DNA of 64,000 nt from a virus: positions 1 through 64,000 of IMG/VR virus record IMGVR_UViG_3300025000_000064; one strand, 5' to 3'. Within the stretch, counting starts at the first letter, position 1. Every line of letters starts with the position of its first letter. The translations under genes were made by a program, and so were the position numbers. Shown in pieces: positions 29,746 through 39,630 of this stretch. The notes under the pieces were generated by a model. The model was not told where the DNA came from, did no database searches, and worked only from the letters and a program-made list of their open reading frames with translations.

Positions 29746-30210
29746 TTTTTAAACTCCATTTATTAACTGATTACATTATGATTATGATTGATAATAAAAA
29801 TAATGGAATCCTTTTGATGGTGTATTGTAACAAAAGTTTACAATTAATTTTAAAATTAATCAATATTCAATCTATATCTATATTATAGAATTTTATAATG
29901 ATATTAATTTAATATTTTATTAATATTAAATAGCTATTAATCAAATATAACAATAATTTTCAGGCTTGATATATATTAAAACATAGTCATAATAATATAA
30001 TATAGGTTTTTTTGTTATTTTTATTAAATATATATAAAGAATAGCAAAAATATTAGTTGCAACAACAACTAAAAATAGTTGTTTTAACAATCATTAAAAT
30101 TTATCCAGAAAAAATATTTTATTTACAACATACGAATAATTCTAAAATGTAAATATGTATAAAATTCTAAAAACATAAATATACAAATTTTAAAAATACA
30201 ATACATATAA

Positions 30211-30282
30211 AAAATCAAATTGTACTTGAGTCGAGAATTTCAAAAACCGCTTGAGTCTATAAAATGAGTTTTGGCTTGAGCC
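30211..30282. repeat. Three degenerate direct repeats with 25 bp period
   Basis: CTTGAG cores at 30225, 30250, 30275. Confidence 0.75.
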
Positions 30283-30304
30283 TAGAATTAATATACATAC
30301 AATA

Positions 30305-30331
30305 AAAAGAGCCTATTTTATAGGCTCTTTT
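30305..30331. terminator. Bidirectional Rho-independent terminator
   Basis: AAAAGAGCCTAT-TTT-ATAGGCTCTTTT. Confidence 0.85.
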
Positions 30332-30389
30332 GTGATGTGTTAACAGGAGTTTTATCTAGTTTATAATGTTAAATTGTCTTTACTGATTT

Positions 30390-30665
30390 TTATTTCTTCT
30401 GATAACAATTGAAATATATCGAAAAAGTTTGAAGTCTCCAGCTTATCAAAAAATTATATATATCTTGCAAATTATCATGATAACAGATAAAGCATTTTAT
30501 ATTATTGCTAAAATCCAAAAACAAAGAATATTTTTTATTATAATCATGATATTGAATAGCAATAAATCTGATATTATTATTTTTTAATTGCTCATTAACT
30601 CTATTCATTAAAGTTAATACATGATTGTATTGTCTTTGTATGATTAAGTCTTTAATATCTCTCAT
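30390..30665 (-). CDS. Hypothetical protein
   Basis: ORF in small-gene run. Confidence 0.6.
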   Translation of the reverse strand: MRDIKDLIIQRQYNHVLTLMNRVNEQLKNNNIRFIAIQYHDYNKKYSLFLDFSNNIKCFICYHDNLQDIYNFLISWRLQTFSIYFNCYQKK

Positions 30666-30681
30666 TTTATTTAATCCTATA

Positions 30682-30939
30682 TTATCTTTTAAACTGTCTT
30701 AATGCTTCTTTAATAAATTTCTTTATTAATAAATCTTCCTCAAATTCAGATATTTCTCTTTTTAATTCATCCTCTATACCTTCAATTTCAAGAGAAAAAT
30801 CATGATTTATATCTAAATCTGTTTTTAGGTCTTTGCATTTATATTTTTTATATCTATCATTCCAACAGTCTAAATGACTTTCAACAATATCATGCAAATT
30901 TTCTTTTATATAATTTGAAAAATCTTTTTTTGTATTCAT
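30682..30939 (-). CDS. Hypothetical protein
   Basis: ORF in small-gene run. Confidence 0.6.
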   Translation of the reverse strand: MNTKKDFSNYIKENLHDIVESHLDCWNDRYKKYKCKDLKTDLDINHDFSLEIEGIEDELKREISEFEEDLLIKKFIKEALRQFKR

Positions 30940-30954
30940 TTTGTTTTATTCCTT

Positions 30955-31155
30955 TCAATTAACTTTAAATATATTTATAATTTCAGTTTTATATATTTGA
31001 TTGTTTTCTAAATACCCATGACGATATTGTTTAATTATAATTCCATTTTTATTATATTTATATATTGTGTTGTCTTTCATTCCTGCTATAAATATAATAT
31101 TTATAGCAATGATAACAATATTTATTTTTATTATTTTATTTATCATTTTTATCAA
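30955..31155 (-). CDS. Hypothetical protein with N-terminal hydrophobic helix
   Basis: ORF; start uncertain. Confidence 0.45.
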   Translation of the reverse strand: MIKMINKIIKINIVIIAINIIFIAGMKDNTIYKYNKNGIIIKQYRHGYLENNQIYKTEIINIFKVN

Positions 31156-31160
31156 TTCTA

Positions 31161-31189
31161 AGCATGCAATTGCGACAGCATGAGCTTTA
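31161..31189 (-). repeat. CATG hairpin box
   Basis: 29/29 identical to 27643-27671. Confidence 0.95.
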
Positions 31190-31299
31190 TTTATTAACTA
31201 CATACAATAAAAACTTTATCTCAAATATATTTTATGTATGTTTGTATCACTTTAATATTTGAGACGCTTTAAACTCCATTTAGCCTTTATCACTTAATC

Positions 31300-31330
31300 A
31301 TTATGACAGGTAAATTTAAAAAGTCAACCT
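31300..31330 (-). promoter_or_regulatory. Early-type promoter
   Basis: AGG-TTGACT-16-CATAAT. Confidence 0.5.
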
Positions 31331-31547
31331 ATTTTATAAATGCTACATTCAAGGGATAAACTCCGTTTTTACAAAATTCTTTTAAATTAACAATTCTGTT
31401 TGTATCAATGTATTTAAATCTTATACTATCATCTAAATTTTTGATACTTATCCTATTATTTTGTACGCTTTTCCTTATTTCAAATTTAAATCCCGCTTCA
31501 TTTAATATTTTTTCAGCAAGTAAAATATCCTTTTTTGAAACATCCAT
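31329..31547 (-). CDS. Hypothetical protein
   Basis: ORF in small-gene run. Confidence 0.6.
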   Translation of the reverse strand: MDVSKKDILLAEKILNEAGFKFEIRKSVQNNRISIKNLDDSIRFKYIDTNRIVNLKEFCKNGVYPLNVAFIK

Positions 31548-31560
31548 TTTTATAAATCCT

Positions 31561-31893
31561 TTAGTTTGTATATTCGTCTAATACTTTAATGCAGTAAATA
31601 TCAGGCTTATTAAAAATAGACTTTCTTAATTTTTTAATTCCTTCTATCTCTAACAAACATTGCTCACTGAAAAATATTTCTTTAATTAAATATAAATCAG
31701 GGATATAATAAACAGTTAAAGCCATATAATATAAGTTATATTTATATGTGTAAATATATAGATATTTTTCATTTTTATAAACTTTTATTTCATCATTGCT
31801 TCCAGCTTTTATATAATAATCATTATTATTATATTTTACAATAATATTGTTTTTATCATCTACATTTTTAATAAAATTTACTCTTTTAAACAT
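31561..31893 (-). CDS. Hypothetical protein
   Basis: ORF in small-gene run. Confidence 0.6.
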   Translation of the reverse strand: MFKRVNFIKNVDDKNNIIVKYNNNDYYIKAGSNDEIKVYKNEKYLYIYTYKYNLYYMALTVYYIPDLYLIKEIFFSEQCLLEIEGIKKLRKSIFNKPDIYCIKVLDEYTN

Positions 31894-31905
31894 GTTAATA
31901 ATCCT

Positions 31906-32154
31906 TTATTTTAATAAAATATAATCACTTTGTAAATTGCATAAATAAAATTGCCCTTCTGTATATTTTGTAAAGCTATGAGAAATTAAAACAACATCAT
32001 TTAATTTATTTACATAATCAATAAATATCTTTTTAGCTTCTTTTTCACTTTCTGCAATACATGACTTTTTATATATTGCTTTGCTTAATTTTGTTTGAAA
32101 TTCGCAACTATAAAATTTTTGCTTTTCTTTTGGTAAATCTGAAAATAAAACCAT
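31906..32154 (-). CDS. Hypothetical protein
   Basis: AGGAG SD. Confidence 0.6.
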   Translation of the reverse strand: MVLFSDLPKEKQKFYSCEFQTKLSKAIYKKSCIAESEKEAKKIFIDYVNKLNDVVLISHSFTKYTEGQFYLCNLQSDYILLK

Positions 32155-32359
32155 GATTACTCCTTAAAATTTTATATTATTTTTTGTTAATAGCTTTCTA
32201 TAATAAACACAATCTTTATTTAAATCGTTTATTCTTAATTTTAATCTTACTAACTCTTTGTCTTGAGTTTCAAGAGTGTTTAAATTATATCTTTGTTGAT
32301 TTAAATATATATTTTTTAAATTTTCTATTGCTTCAATCATGTTTGTTTCTCTTTCTTAA

Positions 32360-32548
32360 TTAATTTTTATTGTTTATTTCTTCTATAAGATTTAAAATAA
32401 AATAACCTTGTTCGATGCTGTAATTATCTGATTTTTTTAAATTTTCATCAAATAAAATACAATCCTCGTTTTTACGTTTATCATATACGGTTAAAATATC
32501 TTCTATGTATTCGACTTGATATTTTTTATTTTCGTAAATAATAGCCAT
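32360..32548 (-). CDS. Hypothetical protein
   Basis: ORF in small-gene run. Confidence 0.6.
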   Translation of the reverse strand: MAIIYENKKYQVEYIEDILTVYDKRKNEDCILFDENLKKSDNYSIEQGYFILNLIEEINNKN

Positions 32549-32553
32549 CTTGT

Positions 32554-32985
32554 TTAGTCCTCTTCAGATTCTTTTAATATTAACATTATATAATTAAATT
32601 GTTCATAAAGAATATTTAAACATTCTTTGATAGCTTCTTTTATTTCTTCTTTTTTTATTTGCTCAATACAATCGTAATATATAGCATTAGTTAAAATATT
32701 TATTATTTTATCAATACATGGAATACTTGAATTTTTCAAAATATATTTAACTGTCTTTTTATCATTCTGAAAATCTTTTGTGTTGCCATAACTTCCCGAT
32801 AAATATAAATCAAGTAATTGCATGAATTTATAATCATGTCCATTAAAACCATGATTTAAGTCTTTTAAATTCATTAAAAATATTATATCTTCTTTTATTG
32901 TCTTTGATAAACAGTTATTTTTATAATCTCTATTATAGCCGTAATTGTCAAGTGTTTGCAATTCTGTTAAATTCTTTTTTGTCAT
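32554..32985 (-). CDS. Hypothetical protein
   Basis: AGGAG SD. Confidence 0.65.
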   Translation of the reverse strand: MTKKNLTELQTLDNYGYNRDYKNNCLSKTIKEDIIFLMNLKDLNHGFNGHDYKFMQLLDLYLSGSYGNTKDFQNDKKTVKYILKNSSIPCIDKIINILTNAIYYDCIEQIKKEEIKEAIKECLNILYEQFNYIMLILKESEED

Positions 32986-33010
32986 TGTTTTAAACTCCTA
33001 TTGATTAATT

Positions 33011-33289
33011 TTAATATTTATTAGCTATGTTGTTTTTGCAATAGTTCAATATTCTTTCTTTATAACATGCGTCTATTTCTTCTATTTTTATACCCTTAAC
33101 TAATTCTTTCTTTTGTGTTTGTTCTAGCCATATTTGCCATCTTTTTGATTTATTATTTTCTGTCGTATCAATATTAATAGTAATACATGGGTGAAATGAC
33201 ATTTCTATATCTTTTAAAGATTTAATATAGTTATATTCATCTTTACTTATAAAGCCCCATGTTGTATTATGCAATTTATTCATAACCAT
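33011..33289 (-). CDS. Hypothetical protein
   Basis: GGAG SD. Confidence 0.6.
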   Translation of the reverse strand: MVMNKLHNTTWGFISKDEYNYIKSLKDIEMSFHPCITINIDTTENNKSKRWQIWLEQTQKKELVKGIKIEEIDACYKERILNYCKNNIANKY

Positions 33290-33327
33290 TTTTCAAACTC
33301 CATTTATTAACTAACTTTTATATAATC

Positions 33328-33358
33328 ATGATAACATCTTATAATAAATTGTCAACCT
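33328..33358 (-). promoter_or_regulatory. Early-type promoter
   Basis: AGG-TTGACA-16-TATCAT with TGn. Confidence 0.7.
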
Positions 33359-33363
33359 TTTTA

Positions 33364-33609
33364 TTAACTTATTTTAAAAGTATATTCTGATTTATTATTT
33401 AATAAGCCTTTTTGTTTTAACTCTTTTGTTTTCCATTTTAAACTTTGTATTTCTTCATTGCTTAACTGTTTTATATCTAATATTTCTAAAAATATATTAA
33501 AGCTTTTATATTCTTCTAACTCTTTAAAATCAACATATTTATTATATATATTTTCAGAATTTAAGTATTTATAAGTTATATAATACACACTATAAATATA
33601 ATTAATCAT
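33364..33609 (-). CDS. Hypothetical protein
   Basis: ATGA-coupled ORF. Confidence 0.55.
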   Translation of the reverse strand: MINYIYSVYYITYKYLNSENIYNKYVDFKELEEYKSFNIFLEILDIKQLSNEEIQSLKWKTKELKQKGLLNNKSEYTFKIS

Positions 33610-34121
33610 CTTAAGTCAATCCTTATATCAAATTTATCATTAATAGCATAGTTTATTTTTTCGTTAAATTCTTTTATTTTCTTTTTTAACTCTTCAGATT
33701 CCTCAATTAATCCATCAATAATATCTATTTTATTTTGCTCCCTTGTTTTTATCGCTTGCTCTTTCCTGTAATTCATATTTTTATTTAAATCAGCGATAGC
33801 AACATCGGCAATTATAACGCCATTTTGTTCTACTCCATCCCCATAAGAAGAGGATATAGAGGCATGAACAATATTAATATCATAGCTTACATGCTCAATT
33901 ATCCATGAATTATATTGTGTTTTAAATCTTAAATTTTTGTCAATATTTTTCAAGGCTGTGTCAAGTCTTTTATTGCTTTGTTTACCATCAAATTTTTTAA
34001 TTACTTCTATTATTGCAGGGCAAAGCTTAAAAACTTCCTCTTTCCTCAGCAATTCCTTTTCTATTGAATTAATTTTATTAAGTTTTTCTTCTACTTGTAT
34101 CTTGTCGTCTAATTCTTTCAT
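33606..34121 (-). CDS. Hypothetical protein
   Basis: 171 aa ORF. Confidence 0.65.
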   Translation of the reverse strand: MKELDDKIQVEEKLNKINSIEKELLRKEEVFKLCPAIIEVIKKFDGKQSNKRLDTALKNIDKNLRFKTQYNSWIIEHVSYDINIVHASISSSYGDGVEQNGVIIADVAIADLNKNMNYRKEQAIKTREQNKIDIIDGLIEESEELKKKIKEFNEKINYAINDKFDIRIDLR

Positions 34122-34302
34122 TTTTGTTAAAATATCGGTTTTTTAGCTTCTTCAAAACTCATGCTTCTTAATTGGCTTGTTAATCCTTTTCTTTGTTCTT
34201 GTAAATTTGTCATTGTTTTATTTTCCTTTTCTTGTTTTAATTAACTACAATATTTTTATAAAATTATACCATTATTTAAATATATTTTAATTGTCAACTA
34301 TT

Positions 34303-34527
34303 TTAATAAATATTTTTATCTTCTTTTATATTTTTTAATTCAATAAATAAATTTAAATTATTATCAATATATTCAAGTATATTAATATATTTGCAATCTG
34401 TTTTAATTATATCATTAGCTATTTTACATATTAAATTACCATATTCTTTTTCAAGATGTTTTTGAGCATTTTCTATTGTTTCATGCTCTTTATCGTCTAA
34501 AGTTTTATATTTTAATATTTCTATCAT
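34303..34527 (-). CDS. Hypothetical protein
   Basis: TAATG-coupled ORF. Confidence 0.6.
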   Translation of the reverse strand: MIEILKYKTLDDKEHETIENAQKHLEKEYGNLICKIANDIIKTDCKYINILEYIDNNLNLFIELKNIKEDKNIY

Positions 34528-34889
34528 TATAAAATTATCCTTTCAATTTCTCTTAAATAATCATGAAAATTATATTTTTTATATACTGTTTTTTGTTCCT
34601 CTTCGTTTAATTTTAATTCTGTTAAACTGCTTTTTGCTGATTCGTTTATATAATAAATATCTTGAATTTGATAATACTCTGTGTCAAATTCACAATCAAT
34701 ATTTTTGCATATTATTTTAAAATACTCATTGTTTTTTGTTTCATAATCATAAGATACAGGAATTTTAAAAACAATTTCTTTTGATATTTCAATATTGTTT
34801 AAAAACTCTTCTTTGTCTTCTTCTGTTTTTAATTCGTCATCAAATAAACTTGTATTTAAATTGACTTTTAATAACTCTGTAATTTGCAT
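34527..34889 (-). CDS. Hypothetical protein
   Basis: ORF in small-gene run. Confidence 0.6.
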   Translation of the reverse strand: MQITELLKVNLNTSLFDDELKTEEDKEEFLNNIEISKEIVFKIPVSYDYETKNNEYFKIICKNIDCEFDTEYYQIQDIYYINESAKSSLTELKLNEEEQKTVYKKYNFHDYLREIERIIL

Positions 34890-35073
34890 TTTATTAACCC
34901 TTTCTTTTTACTCTGTTAATTTTTTTGTGTTCATTTAAAATTAAATCTGTTATTAAATCCGATTCACTTCTTTTATGTTTTTCCTCTTTTATTTCCTCCA
35001 GTTTTTCTATGACTTCAGAATCAAATTTCCAATTTTTTCTTTTTGTTCCCATGCTTGTTCCCTTTATATAATA

Positions 35074-35616
35074 TTAATAACCATATATTCCTTTTATATA
35101 ATGTCCCATAGGCTTAGTGTAATAGTTTAATAATGAACGGCTTATTTCTTCATTATTATAAATCTTATTACATAAATTATCTATATTATCAGAGTTTCTT
35201 ATTTCTCTAAATTCTATATAGTTTGTGCCGTCATGGTGATAACCTTCAAATTTTATATTATAGTTATCGGTATATATTTTATATTCGTCACAGCTAAAAG
35301 AGGCTATAACATCATTTAAATTATTACCTATTATTTTATAGCCTGATTTTTTGCCGTTCCATAACCCCATTGAAGCGATACATATAATATTATTATCAAG
35401 AGTTTTATTTAAATTTTCTTTTTCATCATTATAAAATAAATTAATATCTTCGCATATACAATCTGATAAACTTTCTATTGTATCTTTTTCCTCACCTTCC
35501 ATGCGATTTTCATTTTCTGCATTTACAAAATCTTGCAATTCTTCATCCGTATAAAAACCATAAGTTTTAAAAATTAGATGTTCTTTAACTTGGTATTTTC
35601 TTTTTGTTTTAATCAT
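35074..35616 (-). CDS. Conserved phage hypothetical protein
   Basis: GLWNG...GY and HHDGTNY..FRE motifs; GGAG SD before ATG at 35616. Confidence 0.7.
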   Translation of the reverse strand: MIKTKRKYQVKEHLIFKTYGFYTDEELQDFVNAENENRMEGEEKDTIESLSDCICEDINLFYNDEKENLNKTLDNNIICIASMGLWNGKKSGYKIIGNNLNDVIASFSCDEYKIYTDNYNIKFEGYHHDGTNYIEFREIRNSDNIDNLCNKIYNNEEISRSLLNYYTKPMGHYIKGIYGY

Positions 35617-35648
35617 TTTATAAACTCCGTTTACTTCCAACAAAATTA

Positions 35649-35680
35649 AATATAAACGATTCAATTTCAAAAGTCAACCT
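35649..35680 (-). promoter_or_regulatory. Early-type promoter
   Basis: AGG-TTGACT-17-TATATT. Confidence 0.65.
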
Positions 35681-35960
35681 TTTATTTTAAATGTAAATAT
35701 TTTGTTACAATTCAGCTATATTCAATCTATATTTAAAATTTTAAAAAACTTATATGTATAAATAACTTTACAAAAACTTCTAAAAGCGTTATTTTCAATC
35801 TATGACTAGATTTAAGGCAATTTATAAAATATAATTGTTTTATTCCAGTAAAAAATATTTTATTTAAATTCCTATAACATATTTTATATGTATAAAGAAA
35901 ATAAATAAAATAACACAAAAGTTTTATTTGTCAATATTAATTTTTGACATTAATTTTATA

Positions 35961-35982
35961 TTTTAGAAATGCATTTCTAAAA
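35961..35982. repeat. Perfect 22 bp palindrome
   Basis: TTTTAGAAATGCATTTCTAAAA. Confidence 0.9.
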
Positions 35983-36062
35983 CTTTGTATTTTTGCATGC
36001 TTTTAGAAGTAGAATTTAAAAACCTTTATAGTTGCAAAAATATATTTCTTGAATATGAGCAA

Positions 36063-36205
36063 AAAATGAAAGTAGTTCGAGCCTTCAAAATGAAAAAGTG
36101 CTTGAGTGGATAATTGCACATGCACATGCAATTGCGACAGCATGAGCTGTGCTAAGTAAAATCAAAAGTGGTTCGAGTCGATAAAATGAAAAGGTGTTCG
36201 AGCTG
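36063..36205. repeat. Two pairs of 25 bp-period repeats flanking a CATG hairpin box
   Basis: Cores TTCGAG/CTTGAG at 36076, 36101, 36172, 36197; box CATGCAATTGCGACAGCATGAGCT at 36125-36148. Confidence 0.85.
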
Positions 36206-36211
36206 AAAATT

Positions 36212-36439
36212 TTATCTTGTTCGTTTAGGCTTAGGTTTATTTTTAATATGTTCTCTTGTAGAAAGAATAGCTTTAACGTCATCTGCATAAATCTCAGATG
36301 CAAAATCGTTTCCGCAACAATTATTATTTAATTCCCAACACTCATCATAAATTCCACCATGTTGCCTACATAGTTGCAATATAGCCAATAATCTTTTTGT
36401 GGATTTCCTTTGAAGTTCTTCTATTGGAAATTTAGCCAT
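36212..36439 (-). CDS. Hypothetical protein
   Basis: GGAG SD; L..STKRLL...and KA.L.TREHI pattern seen in phage proteins. Confidence 0.65.
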   Translation of the reverse strand: MAKFPIEELQRKSTKRLLAILQLCRQHGGIYDECWELNNNCCGNDFASEIYADDVKAILSTREHIKNKPKPKRTR

Positions 36440-36598
36440 TTTATTTTATACTCCAATATGTTCTTTTTTATAAATCTTTTAATTATCTTGAAACATAAAT
36501 TTCAGCTTCTGGATATTCTTTGCATTTTTCTAAATATCTATCAACAAATTTTAACAAACCTTCATAATTACCCCATCCATTTATTAACCTCTTTATCC

Positions 36599-36952
36599 TT
36601 ATATTGCTTCTTCCATTAACTTTTTTAATTCTAAAGGTATTGCTTCGTTGCTGAATAGTTTATAATAATATTCCCTTTTTGGAATAAATTCATTGATAGC
36701 AATTATATTATTTATTATATTGCAAATATCAATTTTCTTTATGTATTCTTTTAATTTGGAATTATTCTTTTTCATATTGCATGATTTGCATGAGATAAAA
36801 TAATTATCCAATCTGTTTTCACCGCCTCTAAATTTTGCTTTTATATGGTCAACAGTTACGGTATGCATATTTACTTCTTCGCCACAATAAGCACAGGGAA
36901 TCTTATGAGCTACAGCTATATTTTTTATTCTCTTTTGTGTTACATTGCACAT
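36599..36952 (-). CDS. HNH endonuclease
   Basis: CAYC...TVDHI....GG.N.LDN....C..CN..K. Confidence 0.85.
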   Translation of the reverse strand: MCNVTQKRIKNIAVAHKIPCAYCGEEVNMHTVTVDHIKAKFRGGENRLDNYFISCKSCNMKKNNSKLKEYIKKIDICNIINNIIAINEFIPKREYYYKLFSNEAIPLELKKLMEEAI

Positions 36953-36953
36953 A

Positions 36954-37067
36954 TCAATCTCTTTTTCTGGCGAATATTGTTATTCTCACATTAATACCCT
37001 TAATTTTTTTTACAATATTTAAATCTTTATAAGTGTTTTCAAATCTGCAATAAGACATGTTTGACAT
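36954..37067 (-). CDS. Small protein, MSNMSYCRFENT family (possibly truncated)
   Basis: Not in track; AGGAG SD; 37 aa. Confidence 0.5.
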   Translation of the reverse strand: MSNMSYCRFENTYKDLNIVKKIKGINVRITIFARKRD

Positions 37068-37382
37068 TATTGCTTCTCCTTATTTATAATTTGTAACCGA
37101 AGGACACATAAGCTAAAATCTTCACATTTTTCCTTATTTAATAAACTTTCTTCTCTTTTTTTATCACCATTAACTTTGCAACTAAATCTTCTATCATTTT
37201 CACATATATCACATTGAGTTATCATTTTGTAAAACCTTTCTCAATTATACAATTTGCAGTTTCTTGTTCTACTTCCATGAACATCAAATTGCAATTTTTA
37301 CATATAATCACATCCACATAATTGGGCAGATATATTCTGCTTTTTATAAAGCCCTTATTGCCACATAGACAAGTTCTTTCCA

Positions 37383-37757
37383 TTATTTAATTACCTCTTT
37401 TAATTTTTCCTGTATTAAATTAAATCCTATTTCGTTTCTGTCTACATTTAATATCTTAGAGCATTTATCAATATGTTCTTCAATCATATTTCTGCTATTT
37501 TCATAATAAGAAATAAACTTGCCGAGTTCTAAAACAAAATACTGAAGGTCTTCTTTATCTATGTCTTCTATACTTATTGTTTGCCATTCATCCTGTCCAC
37601 ACCATTCTCTTCTTTCAATAGTAAATTTATTTATAGCATAACTTCCGTTTTCATTTAGTTCAACATCTTTATTTTTTATTACTCTATAACTATAATAACC
37701 TCTTATTCTTGATATTACATTATTGCTATGCCATTTTGTTGATTCAATTCTATTCAT
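37383..37757 (-). CDS. Hypothetical protein
   Basis: AGGAG SD. Confidence 0.65.
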   Translation of the reverse strand: MNRIESTKWHSNNVISRIRGYYSYRVIKNKDVELNENGSYAINKFTIERREWCGQDEWQTISIEDIDKEDLQYFVLELGKFISYYENSRNMIEEHIDKCSKILNVDRNEIGFNLIQEKLKEVIK

Positions 37758-37770
37758 TTTTTTATTCTCC

Positions 37771-38535
37771 TTAACGATTTATTACCAAAATACAAGTTTC
37801 AACCAATGTTCCTGATTCTTTAAATGCTCCTTTATCTAATTTAATAATCTCTGCATTATTATCTTCAACAAATTGCTTAAATAATTTATCCTTTTTTGAA
37901 GAATTAAACTGCCATGATGGTGGGCAAATTGCAACCATATTTCCACCTTTATTTAAAAGACTATATGCTTTCATTATATGGTCAATATAGGCATTTTTTG
38001 AGAAAGGAGGATTCATTATAATACAATCGTATTTAATGTCCTCATTTGCCTTCAGAAAGTCCTCTCCTAGATAGTTGATATTGCTGCTTAAATTATCCTG
38101 TAAATATTTTACATTAACATTGAAAGCTTCATAGCAATCAATTTTAATATCATTATGATAATTTTTCAACGCTTTTATCAAAGCACCCTTTCCAGCAGAG
38201 GGTTCTAATATTCTTGACTTTAAAGTTTTTGATGGAGTTTCATGCCAATTATAACATGCTAAATCTGCAACCATATTTGCTACTTCTTCTGGGGTTTCAA
38301 AAAATTGGTATTCTTTTTTTAAATTAATCGAGTCTCCGTTGCATATATCTTCAAAATAATCAAGGCAACCTTCTTCAAAAACAAATCCTTGTACTTTCTT
38401 TGTCCATTTGCCTGATATTAATTCAATCTTTTTTGCAACATCTTGATATAATTTTCTTTCCATTTTAATATCTGGAAGCTTCAATACATTATCTTCAATT
38501 GTGCATTGTTTTAATATTTCTAATACTTGACTCAT
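37771..38535 (-). CDS. Amino-group DNA methyltransferase (class I SAM)
   Basis: YQFFETP, ILEPSAGKG, IMNPPF. Confidence 0.9.
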   Translation of the reverse strand: MSQVLEILKQCTIEDNVLKLPDIKMERKLYQDVAKKIELISGKWTKKVQGFVFEEGCLDYFEDICNGDSINLKKEYQFFETPEEVANMVADLACYNWHETPSKTLKSRILEPSAGKGALIKALKNYHNDIKIDCYEAFNVNVKYLQDNLSSNINYLGEDFLKANEDIKYDCIIMNPPFSKNAYIDHIMKAYSLLNKGGNMVAICPPSWQFNSSKKDKLFKQFVEDNNAEIIKLDKGAFKESGTLVETCILVINR

Positions 38536-38660
38536 TTTTACAGTTCCTCTATTAATTCTTTAAACTCAGGCAATATAGCTTTTCTTTTTATCCATTCTTT
38601 AAAAGCTATTTCTAATACTTCTTTATGGTTTTGTTTTTCTTTCTCGCTCATATATTCCTC

Positions 38661-38894
38661 TTAAAAATTTAATATTGGTTGCTCTACATATCCCTTTATC
38701 GGATTAATCTTATGAACAATAACCCAATCATTTTCTGACAATCTAAACCCATGAACATCTTCAAGTCTTATGTTATTTGATTTAGCATATTCTCTCATTT
38801 GCCAATCTCCTAGCATTTTTGTTTCGTAATGTTTTTTAGAATAGATATTAAATCCATTGTTTTCTATTTCTTTCCAGCTCCAATTTATTGACAT
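38661..38894 (-). CDS. Hypothetical protein
   Basis: First ORF after promoter. Confidence 0.6.
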   Translation of the reverse strand: MSINWSWKEIENNGFNIYSKKHYETKMLGDWQMREYAKSNNIRLEDVHGFRLSENDWVIVHKINPIKGYVEQPILNF

Positions 38895-38924
38895 ATATCG
38901 TTTCCTTTAGTTTGTTACATATTC

Positions 38925-38955
38925 ATGATATCACAGATGATGTTTTTGTCAACCT
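38925..38955 (-). promoter_or_regulatory. Early-type promoter
   Basis: AGG-TTGACA-16-TATCAT with TGn. Confidence 0.7.
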
Positions 38956-38983
38956 TTTATTCAATACCTATTGTTTTAGATAT

Positions 38984-39187
38984 TTATTTTACCTCACAAT
39001 GTTCTATTGTTATTAAAATCACATATTGAAGTGCATCTTTGAATCCTTGCTCGTGGTAATAATCTTCCGTTGATTCTTGGTTTTCGCACATTGAATTGCT
39101 TTCCTTATAATCATTAATAATTTTTTCAGCCAATTCAGTATCAATAAAACATTTTCTAAATTTATTTAAAGCTTCTTCGGTTAACAT
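38984..39187 (-). CDS. Hypothetical protein
   Basis: AGGAG SD. Confidence 0.6.
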   Translation of the reverse strand: MLTEEALNKFRKCFIDTELAEKIINDYKESNSMCENQESTEDYYHEQGFKDALQYVILITIEHCEVK

Positions 39188-39198
39188 ATTATTTCTCC

Positions 39199-39618
39199 TT
39201 ATTTAATACCAATTATTGCTTTAATTTGATACATTTTATTTAATGATTCAGGGAAACCATATTTTGCCTCTATATAAGAATATAAAAATGATAATACAAT
39301 TTCCAAATTTATGATACTATTTGTGTCGTTTATTTCTTTCTTTTCATGGTTAATATAAAAATCATCAAACCATTTTCCAAAAGATTCTTCTGTTGGCTCT
39401 ACTGTCTGTAAAGCCTCTAATCTTCTTTTATATAAATCCAATAAAGACACTTTCTTATTAATATCTTGGACAAGTGAAGCCTCTTTATATAACAAAAAAC
39501 CTATTTTGAATGAGTCCTCATTAATGTCTTTTTGCAAATCTTCTTTATTGTATTTAATTGCATCAGTTAATCTTTCTGTTGTTTCTTCTAACTTTTGTGC
39601 ATTGCTTTTTCTACCCAT
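39199..39618 (-). CDS. Hypothetical protein
   Basis: ORF in run. Confidence 0.65.
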   Translation of the reverse strand: MGRKSNAQKLEETTERLTDAIKYNKEDLQKDINEDSFKIGFLLYKEASLVQDINKKVSLLDLYKRRLEALQTVEPTEESFGKWFDDFYINHEKKEINDTNSIINLEIVLSFLYSYIEAKYGFPESLNKMYQIKAIIGIK

Positions 39619-39630
39619 TGTTTTGTCCTT

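Noticed and set aside
35929-35949. Back-to-back TGTCAA/TTGACA divergent promoters
   Set aside because: No convincing -10 at 16-18 nt on either side
27643-36148. CRISPR array from the 29 bp repeat
   Set aside because: Copies are kilobases apart with genes between them; no spacer-sized spacing and no cas genes
36165-36205. tRNA T-loop-like GTTCGAGTC
   Set aside because: No cloverleaf, acceptor stem or anticodon arm; it is the core of the 25 bp repeats
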